DNA of 64,000 bases. It comes from Candidatus Omnitrophota bacterium (GTDB lineage: Bacteria > Omnitrophota > Gorgyraeia > Zapsychrales > Zapsychraceae). The notes under the pieces were generated by a model, which saw only the letters and a list, made by a program, of their open reading frames with translations, was not told where the DNA came from and made no database searches. Where the stretch lies: NCBI GenBank assembly GCA_029261055.1, contig JAJDCA010000051.1:9082-73081 (forward strand), given 5' to 3'. Numbering within the stretch: the first letter of the stretch is position 1; each line of letters begins with the position of its first letter. Positions 40,229-50,590 of the stretch are shown here, piece after piece. Position numbers and translations under genes: made by a program.

Positions 40229-41242
40229 CTACTCCCCATTTTTCTTCCCCGTAATCCGCCTTATTTCTTTATCAAAGTCGGAAATGTAATCTTTATCCTG
40301 TTGAATACGATACGCTTCATATTCCTTATGCGCCAAAGCTAAAGCCACTTCATGACTGATTGAACCCGCATTAGTCAAAATTTCATATTCGCTGAATTTT
40401 AAAAAAGCATTCAACTTTTTAATCCAATCTTTCATATACATTGGAATATTACGAATAGCCTGTAATTCCGCAAAATCTAAATACATCGTAACAATACGGT
40501 TTAGATGATCGAGTTCCGGTTTGTTTAAATAATTCTTGGCCGTGGCAACGTCACTTGGCAGAACTTTACCCTTGGGCTCTTTTCGCCATGCCGTTAACCC
40601 CATATTAGGTTTGGCACTATTGGCCCGTTTGGCAACAATTTCAGCGGCAGTTTTTCCGGTAATGGCAAAATGCAGTTTATTTTGAACGGTCGCAAAAAAC
40701 TTTTTTGTATCTTCAGCCTTAGCAGAATAATCCATCGAAGTGGCATAAATATCTGTAATTTTTTGATACATCATCCTTTCGCTTGAACGAATATCTCTTA
40801 TTTCTTCAAGCAAATCATCGAAAAATCGGGTGCTGAAGCGAGAACCATATTTAAAACGGTTACTATCAATAGCGAAGCCTTTATGTATATATTTCTGGAG
40901 AATTGTAATAGCCCATTGCCTAAATTGTGTACCCCGCTGAGAATTAACTCTATACCCTACAGCAATAATGGCCTCTAAAGAATAGAATTTTGTTTGATAT
41001 TTTTTACCATCTTCGGCAGTATGTGCAAATTTTGCACATACTGTATTTTCTTCTAATTCTTGCTCTAGAAAAATATTTTTAAGATGTTTAGTAATAACCG
41101 TTCTATCCACATCAAATAATTCCGCTATTCGTTTTTGAGGCAACCAAATATTCTCCTTAGCATACAACACCTCAATATTAACACCCCCCTCACCGGTTTG
41201 ATATACAGCAATCTGATCATCTGGTATTTTCTTTCTTTTCAT
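40229..41242 (-). CDS. RhuM-family (virulence RhuM/Fic-associated) protein
   Basis: IWLPQKRIAELF, YSLEAIIAVGYRVNS, FRQWA, IRSSERMMYQKITDIYA, FATVQNKLHFAITG. Confidence 0.88.
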   Translation of the reverse strand: MKRKKIPDDQIAVYQTGEGGVNIEVLYAKENIWLPQKRIAELFDVDRTVITKHLKNIFLEQELEENTVCAKFAHTAEDGKKYQTKFYSLEAIIAVGYRVNSQRGTQFRQWAITILQKYIHKGFAIDSNRFKYGSRFSTRFFDDLLEEIRDIRSSERMMYQKITDIYATSMDYSAKAEDTKKFFATVQNKLHFAITGKTAAEIVAKRANSAKPNMGLTAWRKEPKGKVLPSDVATAKNYLNKPELDHLNRIVTMYLDFAELQAIRNIPMYMKDWIKKLNAFLKFSEYEILTNAGSISHEVALALAHKEYEAYRIQQDKDYISDFDKEIRRITGKKNGE

Positions 41243-41326
41243 CTAAATATTTTCTTTTTGAACTGTTAGGAACCTATCAAAAAACCTTCCTGATCCGTGT
41301 AAGTTGCTTTGGCAATAGCCGACTTT

Positions 41327-41977
41327 TCAGCGAATTTCTGTTGATTTCAATTTCTTCACCCTATCATCAATCATACTTTTAAATTTACTATTTTTAAGAT
41401 TTTCTGAAACTTCTTCATACTTCATGTCTGCTAATTTAGCCAACTCTTTCCGACAAGAAAAACTAAATTTTTCTAAATTATCTCTTCTAATACTTAGTGA
41501 CTTATCAAAATCTGAAATCTCAGCAACAACCTTATAAAAAGCAAAAAGAATTTTCCTTGGAGCATAAATTATTAACTTACTACTCAATAAAACATCTAAT
41601 TCAAATAAAATATTTATTAACTTACTCACATAATTTATTTCTTCTTGATGAAAATCCGTATTTAATCCAGGTTTCTTTCCAGTTAACTCTAACCTAAGAA
41701 ATTCATGTGCTTTATTAAGAACCTCTTCAATTAGCTCATAATTCTTTTCTAAATTATAATGATGTTTTTTGACTTCCTTTTCTAAATTATGTTTAAGGGT
41801 CAACATAGACCATGCAGCAAAAAATGAAAAAATAACCTGTAAGTTCTCATCAGGAAGTAGCCATTTTATTAAATATAAAAGAATGCCAATAAAAAAAAGA
41901 AAAATAATTACTGATAACAATTTATTCTTTTTTTTAAAATCTTGCCATTTTTTATAAGTTTTATTTAGAATATCCAT
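41327..41977 (-). CDS. hypothetical membrane protein (2 N-terminal TM segments, helical)
   Basis: 216-aa very AT-rich ORF inside the islet. Confidence 0.65.
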   Translation of the reverse strand: MDILNKTYKKWQDFKKKNKLLSVIIFLFFIGILLYLIKWLLPDENLQVIFSFFAAWSMLTLKHNLEKEVKKHHYNLEKNYELIEEVLNKAHEFLRLELTGKKPGLNTDFHQEEINYVSKLINILFELDVLLSSKLIIYAPRKILFAFYKVVAEISDFDKSLSIRRDNLEKFSFSCRKELAKLADMKYEEVSENLKNSKFKSMIDDRVKKLKSTEIR

Positions 41978-42131
41978 ATTTTAAAGGACTACAAAAGTAC
42001 TACACTCGATTAATTTTTCTTATTTTTGAGCAGATACTTATTGACTATTTTTACGTTGTAAATATATGACATTGAAAAGGTTATGTCATAAGTTGGTGGG
42101 ATTTAAAATGTTGTAAAAGCTGCCAAGCATT

Positions 42132-42171
42132 CTTTCCAAGCGTGCGTCTTCAACCACTCGGGCACCCCTCC
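42132..42171 (-). pseudogene. 5' half of tRNA-Ser(GGA), truncated after the anticodon loop (att-like)
   Basis: 38/40 identity to 40070-40109; has its own TTGATA-17-TATGCT promoter upstream. Confidence 0.85.
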
Positions 42172-42276
42172 CAAACTTTTTTCAAATTCATTAATCAGAA
42201 ATTGAACGAGCGATAAGCATACTAAAGCCTACCCAAAATATCAAGAATTTTAGACATGTTATCAGTTAATATTTTT

Positions 42277-44490
42277 TTATTTCACTTCTATATTATCAAG
42301 ATAGACATCTTGCTGACGCGCCTCAATTTCAAACGTACTGACATTAATTGCACTGCTATTACGACTCAACGTCACCTGGTCACCAAAGGCAGTTACTATA
42401 AATGTTGTTGGACTGAAATCGACGACTATAGAATATATATTTCCCTGAACAAACTCACTAGCAAAGAAAACACTTTCAACAACCCGACCTCCAACAATCT
42501 TTTCTACAGCCTTGGTTCCATAACCATCAGTATTTCTGATCCTGTAATAATTATTGGCATCTTGCTTTAAGTTTATCGTAATAATTCCTCCAAGAGGATG
42601 TTTTTTCACAGGTTCAAAATCCACCTTAAACGCTCCTGTATCCGTCGCGGATATATTCTGCCCAATTTTTAAACCAATATTATCTCCTGTTACCACCTTG
42701 GCCCTTTGCCCTACGCTATCATACACAAACCGACCGGTGCCTCCGGCTGTCCACGTATCCGTCACTGTATATGCACCGATCGTATCCGTGCTAAAATCAT
42801 CGAAAAATAACGATGCTGGTGGTGGCTGAACGTCAGACCGTACCTCGATGTTGTCATAATAGGCATCTTGTTGACTTGTCGTAATTTCAAACGCACTAAC
42901 GTTAATGGCACTACCATTACCACTCAAGGTCACCTGATCACCAAAGGCCCTCACCGTCATCGTTGTAGGACTAAAATTAACAACTATAGAATATTTAGTC
43001 CCCTGTATATACTCACTGGCAAAAAAGACTCTTTCAACAACCCGTCTTCCAACTACTTTTTCAACACTCCTTGGACCATAACCGTCAGTATTACTAATTC
43101 TGTAATAATTACCAGCATCTTGATTTAAACTTATCATAAGACCGCCACCAGCCGGATATTTCTTCACAGGTTCAAAATCCATTTTAAACGTTCCTGTATC
43201 CGTCGCGGGTATACTCTGCCCGATTTTTAAACCAATATTATCTCCTGTTACCACTTTGGCCCTTTGCCCGGTGCTATCATACACAAACCGACCGGTGCCT
43301 CCGGCTGTCCACGTATCTGTCACTGTATATGCTCCGGTCGTGTCCGTACTGAAATCATCAAAGAACAATTGTGGATTACCGACCACATCATTAACCGTAA
43401 TGGTAATTTCTTCAAAAACCATATCCACACCATCACTCACCTCAAAACGCACTCCATCATACACCCCTGACTGATCAAAATTTGGCGTCCAACTAAATAT
43501 CTGCGTAGCGGAATTAAAACTTGCTCCATCGGGAAGAGACAATGCTGCATACGTCAATGGTTCGCCATCATCATCCGTGGCGGTTACCGTAAAACTTAAT
43601 GTTTCCCCTTCATCCACCACCTTATTGCCAATAGTATTTAATACAGGAGGATTATTAGGCTGAATGTCAGATCGCACCTCGATATTATCATAATAAGCAT
43701 CTTGCTGACTTGTCGTAATTTCAAACGCACTAACATTAATGGCGCTGCCATTACCACTCAAGGTCACCTGATCACCAAAGGCCCTCACCGTCATCGTTGT
43801 AGGATTAAAATTGACAACTATAGAATATTTAGCCCCCTGTATATACTCACTAGCAAAAAAGACTCTTTCAACAACCCGTCTTCCAACTACTTTTTCAACA
43901 CTCCTTGGACCATACCCGTCGGTATTACTAATCCTGTAATAATGATCGGCATCTTGCCTTAAATTTATCATAAGGCCTCCACCAGCCGGATATTTCTTCA
44001 CAGGTTCAAAATCCACCTTAAACGTTCCTGTATCCGTCGCGGGTATACTCTGCCCGATTCTTAAACCAATATTATCCCCTGTTAACACTTGACTTCTTTG
44101 CCCTGCACCATCATACACAAATCGACCGGTTCCTCCTGATGTCCACGTATCCGTCACCGTGTACGATCCTGTCGTATCCGTACTAAAGTCATCAAAGAAC
44201 AATTGTGGATTACCGACCACATCATTAACCGTAATGGTGATTTCTTTAAAATCTATATCCTTTCCATCACTCACCTCAAAACGTACTCCATCATACACCC
44301 CTGACTGATCAAAACCTGGCGTCCAACTAAATATCTGCGTAGCGGAATTAAAACTTGCTCCATCGGGAAGAGACAAAGCTGTATACGTTAATGGCTCTCC
44401 ATCAACATCGGTGGCTGTTACTATAAAACTTAGTGTTTGTCCTTCATCCACCGATTTATTTTCAATAGGATTTACTACCGGGGAATTATT
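42277..44490 (-). repeat. intragenic tandem duplication (834-bp Ig+beta-domain unit x2, plus a third beta domain)
   Basis: LFFDDFSTDT starts at 44202, 43368 and 42810; near-identical DNA. Confidence 0.9.
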
Positions 44491-47169
44491 TGGGAGCTCA
44501 TAAACAAAAATATCAGCATTCCCGTTTCTAAAATCTTCCCACACAATACGTCTTGTGTCGATGGCCGGATTCTGTTGTAATGAAGGTTCCGTCGTCACAA
44601 ATTGAGTTGTGTCATTGGCTATATTGTAAACATAAATATCTCCATTTCCATTTCGGAAATCTTTCCAAACAACATAATTCTTGGCGACAACAGGTCTAAG
44701 CCCTTTTTGACCATTGGATAAAATGGTCTTTTCAACACCCGTTGTAATGTCGTAAAGAATAATACTAGATGTCTCATTAAGCGTCCTTTCCCACACAATC
44801 CAATCACCGGAAATATCCGCATTCCAATCCACCAGGCTGTTCTGTGTAATTCGCTTTTCTCCACCCGTTGAAATAGCATACATATAAATATCCGAATTTC
44901 CGTTTCGAGAATCTTCCCAAACGATTTTATCGCCCGATATAGCCGGTCTTAATTGATTTACCAAAGAATTCGTAATTTTCTTCTCTATACCAATTGTGAC
45001 ATCATAAAGGTAAATATCCCAATTGCTATCACGCAGATCTTGCCAAACAATTTTATTACCTGAAATATCTGGTTTAGTTTGAACGGCTGAATTGCTTGTA
45101 ATTTGCTGTTCCACACCCGTGGTTATATCATACAGAAAAATATCTGCATCCACGTTGCGCCAATCTTCCCAAACAATCAAATCACCTGAAATAGAAACAT
45201 TAACTTGTTCTTTAAGATCTGTTGTAATTTGCTTTTCCTGGCCTGTAGAAAAATCATAAAGAAAAACATTCGCATTAAAATTTCTAAAATCAATCCACGC
45301 AACTCTTTGCCCCGAAATCACGGGAAACTCTTGAGTAAAAATATTTGTTGTAATTTGCTGAACACCCGGGTTGCGTATCCAGGTCTTTACTTCAACAATA
45401 TCTTCAAACTCTCTCGCAGTTGAATCTGTGGCAACCAGCCGCAGTAAAAATTGCCCCACACCTACTTCATTTAAACCCCACGCACCTAAAGAACCATCAT
45501 CTATGGGAGTGGTCACCACCGGCCCAATTGGAAACCAATTCCCCAACTTATTTAAATTTCTATAAGATAATTGATAGTGTTGAAATGCATCTCCTGTGGC
45601 TGCCCCATCGATAAGTATTGAACTATTTTCATTTGATATTTCTATTTGAACCCCAGAATTAGGATAATTAATTTTAGCTTTAAGCACAGAGTTAATATTA
45701 AGAGCTTGTTCCGCATTAATGCGGCCATAACCGGAATTAAAATCAAAACCCGGACTATCAATGTCATCCGCTGAAACACGAAGAACCTGGCTAATATCAT
45801 CATTTGTAAAAGTTGGTTGATGTGCTGCAATCAAGGCTGCAAGTCCGGTAACATGAGGTGCTGCCATTGATGTTCCGGATTTAAATCCATACTTATCTGC
45901 CAGGGTTGTTGACAAAACGCTTCTTCCAGGAGCTGCTACGATGACCGATCCTCCAAAATTTGAAAAACTGGCTTTATTATCATTTGAATCTGAAGCCGCT
46001 ACCGTTATGGTTTCACTCATATTTTGAGGACTCTTTAAAGATACGTCTACCGCCTCATTTCCAGCTGAAAAAACGACCACCACACCTGAATTATATGCAG
46101 CCTTTACAGCAGCTTCCGCCACAGGGTTGCTGGGGCATATTTCTTTGCATCCCCAGCTATTATTAATTACCTCTGCTCCATTCTTTACGGCATAAAAAAT
46201 ACCCTCAGCTAAATCGGAAGTGAACCCTGTTCCTGCATCAGAAAACCCCTTAACCGGCATAATCGTAGCCTGTGGCGCGACACCAATCACACCTATACCA
46301 TTATTACCAACAGCGGCAATTGTTCCTGCGACATGACTCCCATGAGAATGCTTATCCATAGGATCGTTATCATCATTTCCAAAATCCCATCCGTGAACAT
46401 CATCGATATGCCCATTCTCATCATCATCAATACCATTCGTTTCTTTGTCATTATCATCGCTGTCTATTCCCGTCTCACCTGTATTCGTCCAAATATTTGC
46501 AGCTAAATCTTCGTGCAAATAATTTACCCCTGTATCCACTACAGCGACAAAGACACCCTGCCCCTGATTAACATCCCAAGCCATTTCGGTCTGAATCTTT
46601 TCCAATCCCCATAAATTCCTGTCAAGAAACCTTGGATCATTAGGAAGAAAGGCTGGCGTCATCAGATAATCCGGCTGAGCATATTCGACATGCGGATCGC
46701 TTTGATAATGCTGACAAATTTTTTCAATATCACTCTCTTCAGGTACTTCAAAAACATACACGTTAGATAAATCCGGCAGGGCAGGGCCATCGACAGCGCC
46801 TAACAAATGGGGTTGAATCTTAAAATTTGCTTTTTGTAACTGACTTTCTATTTTGTTTTTAGCCTGGCTGGTTGACAGCTTGTCCCGTTTGACAAATAAA
46901 CTTCGTGCATTCTTTACTTTATAATGTTGATTAAGATTATCGATAGAAGTACTGTGATCGTTGAAAGCATTTTGAAATTTTTGGCGGTTACTTAAAAGAC
47001 AATGGGCACAGGTTCGCAAAGCCTCCCTTCCATCACTTTTAAATTTTACAATAAAGCGACCTTTAGCAAAATTTGTGTCAGGCTTTTTTGATATTGCTTG
47101 CTGTGCGTTTAATGTCGTAATAAACAATAATCCCAAAGCAATCCCCAACACGGTAAATACTTTTTTCAT
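42277..47169 (-). CDS. secreted S8 subtilisin-like protease with beta-propeller repeats, two Ig-like domains and three copies of a ~175-aa beta domain
   Basis: Signal peptide; catalytic triad VVDTG, HGSHVAG, GTSMAAP; ISGxxIVWEDxRNGNxDIYxYD repeats; NxxPV..V.EG.TLSF.VTATD.DGEPLTY Ig domains; LFFDDFSTDT x3. Confidence 0.92.
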   Translation of the reverse strand: MKKVFTVLGIALGLLFITTLNAQQAISKKPDTNFAKGRFIVKFKSDGREALRTCAHCLLSNRQKFQNAFNDHSTSIDNLNQHYKVKNARSLFVKRDKLSTSQAKNKIESQLQKANFKIQPHLLGAVDGPALPDLSNVYVFEVPEESDIEKICQHYQSDPHVEYAQPDYLMTPAFLPNDPRFLDRNLWGLEKIQTEMAWDVNQGQGVFVAVVDTGVNYLHEDLAANIWTNTGETGIDSDDNDKETNGIDDDENGHIDDVHGWDFGNDDNDPMDKHSHGSHVAGTIAAVGNNGIGVIGVAPQATIMPVKGFSDAGTGFTSDLAEGIFYAVKNGAEVINNSWGCKEICPSNPVAEAAVKAAYNSGVVVVFSAGNEAVDVSLKSPQNMSETITVAASDSNDNKASFSNFGGSVIVAAPGRSVLSTTLADKYGFKSGTSMAAPHVTGLAALIAAHQPTFTNDDISQVLRVSADDIDSPGFDFNSGYGRINAEQALNINSVLKAKINYPNSGVQIEISNENSSILIDGAATGDAFQHYQLSYRNLNKLGNWFPIGPVVTTPIDDGSLGAWGLNEVGVGQFLLRLVATDSTAREFEDIVEVKTWIRNPGVQQITTNIFTQEFPVISGQRVAWIDFRNFNANVFLYDFSTGQEKQITTDLKEQVNVSISGDLIVWEDWRNVDADIFLYDITTGVEQQITSNSAVQTKPDISGNKIVWQDLRDSNWDIYLYDVTIGIEKKITNSLVNQLRPAISGDKIVWEDSRNGNSDIYMYAISTGGEKRITQNSLVDWNADISGDWIVWERTLNETSSIILYDITTGVEKTILSNGQKGLRPVVAKNYVVWKDFRNGNGDIYVYNIANDTTQFVTTEPSLQQNPAIDTRRIVWEDFRNGNADIFVYELPNNSPVVNPIENKSVDEGQTLSFIVTATDVDGEPLTYTALSLPDGASFNSATQIFSWTPGFDQSGVYDGVRFEVSDGKDIDFKEITITVNDVVGNPQLFFDDFSTDTTGSYTVTDTWTSGGTGRFVYDGAGQRSQVLTGDNIGLRIGQSIPATDTGTFKVDFEPVKKYPAGGGLMINLRQDADHYYRISNTDGYGPRSVEKVVGRRVVERVFFASEYIQGAKYSIVVNFNPTTMTVRAFGDQVTLSGNGSAINVSAFEITTSQQDAYYDNIEVRSDIQPNNPPVLNTIGNKVVDEGETLSFTVTATDDDGEPLTYAALSLPDGASFNSATQIFSWTPNFDQSGVYDGVRFEVSDGVDMVFEEITITVNDVVGNPQLFFDDFSTDTTGAYTVTDTWTAGGTGRFVYDSTGQRAKVVTGDNIGLKIGQSIPATDTGTFKMDFEPVKKYPAGGGLMISLNQDAGNYYRISNTDGYGPRSVEKVVGRRVVERVFFASEYIQGTKYSIVVNFSPTTMTVRAFGDQVTLSGNGSAINVSAFEITTSQQDAYYDNIEVRSDVQPPPASLFFDDFSTDTIGAYTVTDTWTAGGTGRFVYDSVGQRAKVVTGDNIGLKIGQNISATDTGAFKVDFEPVKKHPLGGIITINLKQDANNYYRIRNTDGYGTKAVEKIVGGRVVESVFFASEFVQGNIYSIVVDFSPTTFIVTAFGDQVTLSRNSSAINVSTFEIEARQQDVYLDNIEVK

Positions 47170-47315
47170 GACTATTCTCCTTCTTTATATTTGAGTATAT
47201 TCTGGAAATGATTTTAACTGCTTAGTACACAGGAATATACACGCCTAAAAGAAAATGTCAACAAGACATACCCTCTCTTACACCCCCAAACATAGACATC
47301 AACTAATTTAATAAA

Positions 47316-48533
47316 TTAAGGTAGATCCAATTGTTTCAAAACCAACTTCATGGACTGCAGAAATTCTGCGGGAGGGACATAACCGGTGACGCGGGCTTCA
47401 TCGACTTCTTGGCCGTTGGCATCTAGAAATACAATAATCGGCAGACCGAAGATACCATATTGTTCGAGCACTTTCTGGACTTCCGGGGCCATCATATCTG
47501 TAGCATCAACGCGTAAACGTACAAAATTTTCCAATTCCTTAGCCACTGTGGGGTGTGTAAGGACAAAGTTTTCTAATTCATGACAGGTAATGCACCAATC
47601 GGCATAAAAATCAATGACAACAGGTTCATTATTCTTTTGAGCCTTAGCTAATTCTTGAACCCGATAAGGCGCCCAAACAAGATGTTCTTTTTTAGTAAAA
47701 AATGAAGAAATAATCGAAATCCCAATAATCACCATGGCTAAACCAAACAACCATTTTAAACGAACGAATATAACTCTTTCTTTACCAGAAGCTTCCACAA
47801 ATCCAAGATATAAACCTCCAAGAATGAGAGAAACAGGAAGAACCCAGTCAATCCAGTCAGGCCGAAAGGCAATGGCCAGATAAAAACAACCAAAACCGAC
47901 TAAAAGTACTCCAAAAAGATGCTCTACCCATATCAACCATCCGCCGGCCTTAGGTAATTTTTGCAAAAGCCCGGAAAATGTGCCTAAAATAAGGTATGGA
48001 AGACCTAAGCCTATCGAAAATACAAAAAATGATAAAAATCCAAAAAGAATCTGTCCCCTACTCGCTACCGAAGCTAAAAGCGCAATGACGGGTGGGCCAA
48101 TGCAAGGGGCTGCAAATACACCAACAAACATGCCTGAAAAAAATAACCCCCAATAATTCGTTTTTCTCGCCTTCCCCAAACGCTGCAACAATGCCGATGG
48201 CACCTGCAATTGATAAACGCCAAACATCGAAAGAGCCAGTCCAAACATCAAAAATGATACCGCCACGACAACCCATTTATTCTGTAAAATCCCTCCGAAT
48301 AAAGCGCCCGTCATGGCAGCAATGACACCAAGAGAACTATACATCACGGCCATGCCTAAAACATAGACCAATGCTTTTTGAAAAGAGGCCGCCACCTTAT
48401 CTTCTTCGCCATCTTTCTTTTTAAAAAGTGAAGCTGTCACCGATAACATAGGATATACACAAGGCGTGAGATTTACAGCTAACCCGGCGAGAAAAAACGT
48501 GAGAAAATGAATAAAATAATTAAATAAATCCAA
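47316..48533 (-). CDS. thiol:disulfide interchange protein (DsbD beta-gamma / CcdA-thioredoxin fusion)
   Basis: TPCVYPM and APCIGP TM cysteines, C-terminal DFYADWCITC; no N-terminal alpha domain. Confidence 0.9.
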   Translation of the reverse strand: MDLFNYFIHFLTFFLAGLAVNLTPCVYPMLSVTASLFKKKDGEEDKVAASFQKALVYVLGMAVMYSSLGVIAAMTGALFGGILQNKWVVVAVSFLMFGLALSMFGVYQLQVPSALLQRLGKARKTNYWGLFFSGMFVGVFAAPCIGPPVIALLASVASRGQILFGFLSFFVFSIGLGLPYLILGTFSGLLQKLPKAGGWLIWVEHLFGVLLVGFGCFYLAIAFRPDWIDWVLPVSLILGGLYLGFVEASGKERVIFVRLKWLFGLAMVIIGISIISSFFTKKEHLVWAPYRVQELAKAQKNNEPVVIDFYADWCITCHELENFVLTHPTVAKELENFVRLRVDATDMMAPEVQKVLEQYGIFGLPIIVFLDANGQEVDEARVTGYVPPAEFLQSMKLVLKQLDLP

Positions 48534-48551
48534 CTACTGCTCCATAACTAA

Positions 48552-48845
48552 TTAATACGGACAATGTCGTCCGTGGTGACCATAGTGTCTTCGAGGATGA
48601 TAACTGTAATGCTGGCTGTGATAATAATGCCGCTGCTCTTCCTTAATATATTCTTGCCTGACCCGGTCAGCTTCAACCTTTAATTCCAACATCTTTTCTT
48701 TAGTAATATCTCTACTATCATGGGCCAATTCTATTTCTTGAATCCGCTCTTGATACCAATACTTAGAACCGACGCCTTTGTACTGAAGAGCCGCGCATCC
48801 GACTGTGAATAGACAGATTATCAAAAAGAAGAGTTTTTTCAACAT
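48552..48845 (-). CDS. small lipoprotein with His/Tyr-rich tail
   Basis: MLKK..FTVGC lipobox, AAGGTGG SD, tail HYYHSQHYSYHPRRHYGHHGRH. Confidence 0.7.
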   Translation of the reverse strand: MLKKLFFLIICLFTVGCAALQYKGVGSKYWYQERIQEIELAHDSRDITKEKMLELKVEADRVRQEYIKEEQRHYYHSQHYSYHPRRHYGHHGRHCPY

Positions 48846-48928
48846 AATTTCCACCTTAATTTCTATGAAACTCTACTTTATATAACACAAATAAAGCCTT
48901 ACATATTCACAAAGTCCTTAATGATTCG

Positions 48929-49789
48929 TTAATTTATCGTAATTGCCCCATCCCTCAACTGCTCTTCACTGAAAATACCATCCTTCAAACCCGAATTATA
49001 TCGCACATTCGTAAAACTCATCATGGTTTCACCACCGACCTTGAGATCCTTGATCAAAGAGCGTGTCACCGTGGCATATCCCTGTATGCGCCGAATTTCC
49101 TGAACTTCAATAAGACGCATTAATAAATTTTCGTCATCATAAAATTCAACCTTAACAGGGATAAGATCGCGTTCACGAATCCATGAAAGATAATATTTAA
49201 AATCAACACGGCCTGCGTCTTTCGGAATGCTCTTAATTAAATAATGTCCTGTTCCATTAAATTCCACCAACTCATGTTCATCCTCATCAACATCACGCCC
49301 CGAGATATCTTCATACGAAAAATGTGCCCCAAGAAAATTTAGACGTTTATCCCGAGGATCAATGCGGTGCACAAGGTCTAAAATCGGTACATACAACCAT
49401 CGTTCATCCTCGGCGTTTATATGTTTCCATACCATATAAGAAACACCGCTGAAAAATCTTGGCTCAGAAAATTGAATAAAAAATTTCTGATCCCCTCGAT
49501 CATTGACATTTTTTCTAAAGATTTTAAATTCAAAATCCTGGTCTATGGAATAAGGACCTAATGTCGTCATCTTGACATCACAAACTGCATCCTGTCCTCC
49601 ATAAAATACAACCACGTTAGACCTACGCATAATATCTTCAGCCTTTATTTCTAAACCATTAAGTTCTGTTATGAAAAAACATAAAAGCATCAATAATATG
49701 ACAAGAATTGCCCCAGGCAATTTTCGTAGTACCAATAAAAAATGATGCCCTTCAACAGAATGCCAATGCATGCTCATAATATTTTTCAT
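48929..49789 (-). CDS. outer-membrane lipoprotein-sorting (LolA-like) protein
   Basis: F.EP....G, RWLYVP, FLGAHFSYEDI, VEFYD..L.R motifs. Confidence 0.8.
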   Translation of the reverse strand: MKNIMSMHWHSVEGHHFLLVLRKLPGAILVILLMLLCFFITELNGLEIKAEDIMRRSNVVVFYGGQDAVCDVKMTTLGPYSIDQDFEFKIFRKNVNDRGDQKFFIQFSEPRFFSGVSYMVWKHINAEDERWLYVPILDLVHRIDPRDKRLNFLGAHFSYEDISGRDVDEDEHELVEFNGTGHYLIKSIPKDAGRVDFKYYLSWIRERDLIPVKVEFYDDENLLMRLIEVQEIRRIQGYATVTRSLIKDLKVGGETMMSFTNVRYNSGLKDGIFSEEQLRDGAITIN

Positions 49790-49810
49790 GTCACACCTCC
49801 TTTCTTATTT

Positions 49811-49980
49811 AGAGAAGTAAAGTTGTAGAGAATCAAGAGGCAAAAAAAAAGAAAAATCGATTTACTTAAACTTCTTATTTCTCTACCTCTCTGCCTCTTG
49901 CCTCTTACTTCTTTGCATCTTGCTTCTTGCCTCTCTACTTCTTGATTCTCTGCTTCTTACCTCTCACTTCTCTCCTTCTC
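49811..49980. repeat. 15-bp-family repeat array with inverted arm, downstream of ybaK
   Basis: GTAGAGAATCAAGAGGCA arm at 49825-49842, then multiple TCTTG(C/A)YTCTCTRC units. Confidence 0.75.
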
Positions 49981-49983
49981 GCA

Positions 49984-50460
49984 TCAATACGACGGCACAA
50001 CAAACGTCAATTCCAAAAACCTTGGTCTAACCACATCGACAAAATCACTAAATCGCATCTTGATAATTTCTCTATGCGTACCGGCATTAAAGGCGATCTC
50101 GTCATGATCCTGAAGACTTTTGGCCACCACGACCTCCATGCTATACAAAGAACCAAACGGCGGCATAGCCCCAATTTCACAATCCGGAAACATCCGCGCA
50201 AAATCATCTTCCGTCGCCAACTCAATCCTATCAATGCCTGTACTCCTTCTTAGTAAACCAAAATCTACTCTGCATGCGGCCGGTAATACAACCATGGTAA
50301 GTTTATCGTCCATCTTCACCATGACCGTCTTTACAAATTCCTTACCAGATATATGAGTCGACTGCGCAATTTCCTGTGCCGTATAAGCCGTCGAGTGGCT
50401 CAACACGACATACTTGACGTAACGCTCATCCAAATAATGTTTTAATCGTTTAATAGGCAT
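49984..50460 (-). CDS. YbaK/EbsC-family aminoacyl-tRNA deacylase
   Basis: HSTAYTAQE, VKTVMV, FPDCEIGAMPPFG, FNAGTH. Confidence 0.9.
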   Translation of the reverse strand: MPIKRLKHYLDERYVKYVVLSHSTAYTAQEIAQSTHISGKEFVKTVMVKMDDKLTMVVLPAACRVDFGLLRRSTGIDRIELATEDDFARMFPDCEIGAMPPFGSLYSMEVVVAKSLQDHDEIAFNAGTHREIIKMRFSDFVDVVRPRFLELTFVVPSY

Positions 50461-50590
50461 GATGTCCTCCTTTCTTTTCTTTATCCATAACCCTAAACTA
50501 CATATATCAAGTGTGCGTAGTTAAGTAAATTGGATGGTGTACGCAGGTATGTAGGGGGAAGTACTTATGTGTGGTGTACCAGAATGATCT

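Larger units (their letters stand above)
40070..42171. mobile_element. ~2.1-kb genomic islet bounded by direct repeats of the 5' half of tRNA-Ser(GGA)
   Basis: 40070-40109 vs 42132-42171 identical at 38/40 nt; AT-rich cargo; no integrase inside. Confidence 0.7.

Noticed and set aside
41266-41292. TTAGGAACCTATCAAAAAACCTTCC as a possible IS/MITE end
   Set aside because: No matching partner end or transposase found in the window.
42277-44490. Long direct repeats as mobile-element ends or DGR template/variable repeats
   Set aside because: They are in-frame domain duplications, the differences are not adenine-specific by eye, and no reverse transcriptase is present.
49811-49980. Possible CRISPR array, and ORF 49927-50253
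   Set aside because: The units are short, degenerate and lack unique spacers, and there are no cas genes. The ORF's hydrophobic start is just the pyrimidine repeat, and the rest is antisense to ybaK.
50490-50585. GT-rich stretch upstream of ybaK as a regulator-binding array or sRNA
   Set aside because: No consistent repeat or structure that I can define.
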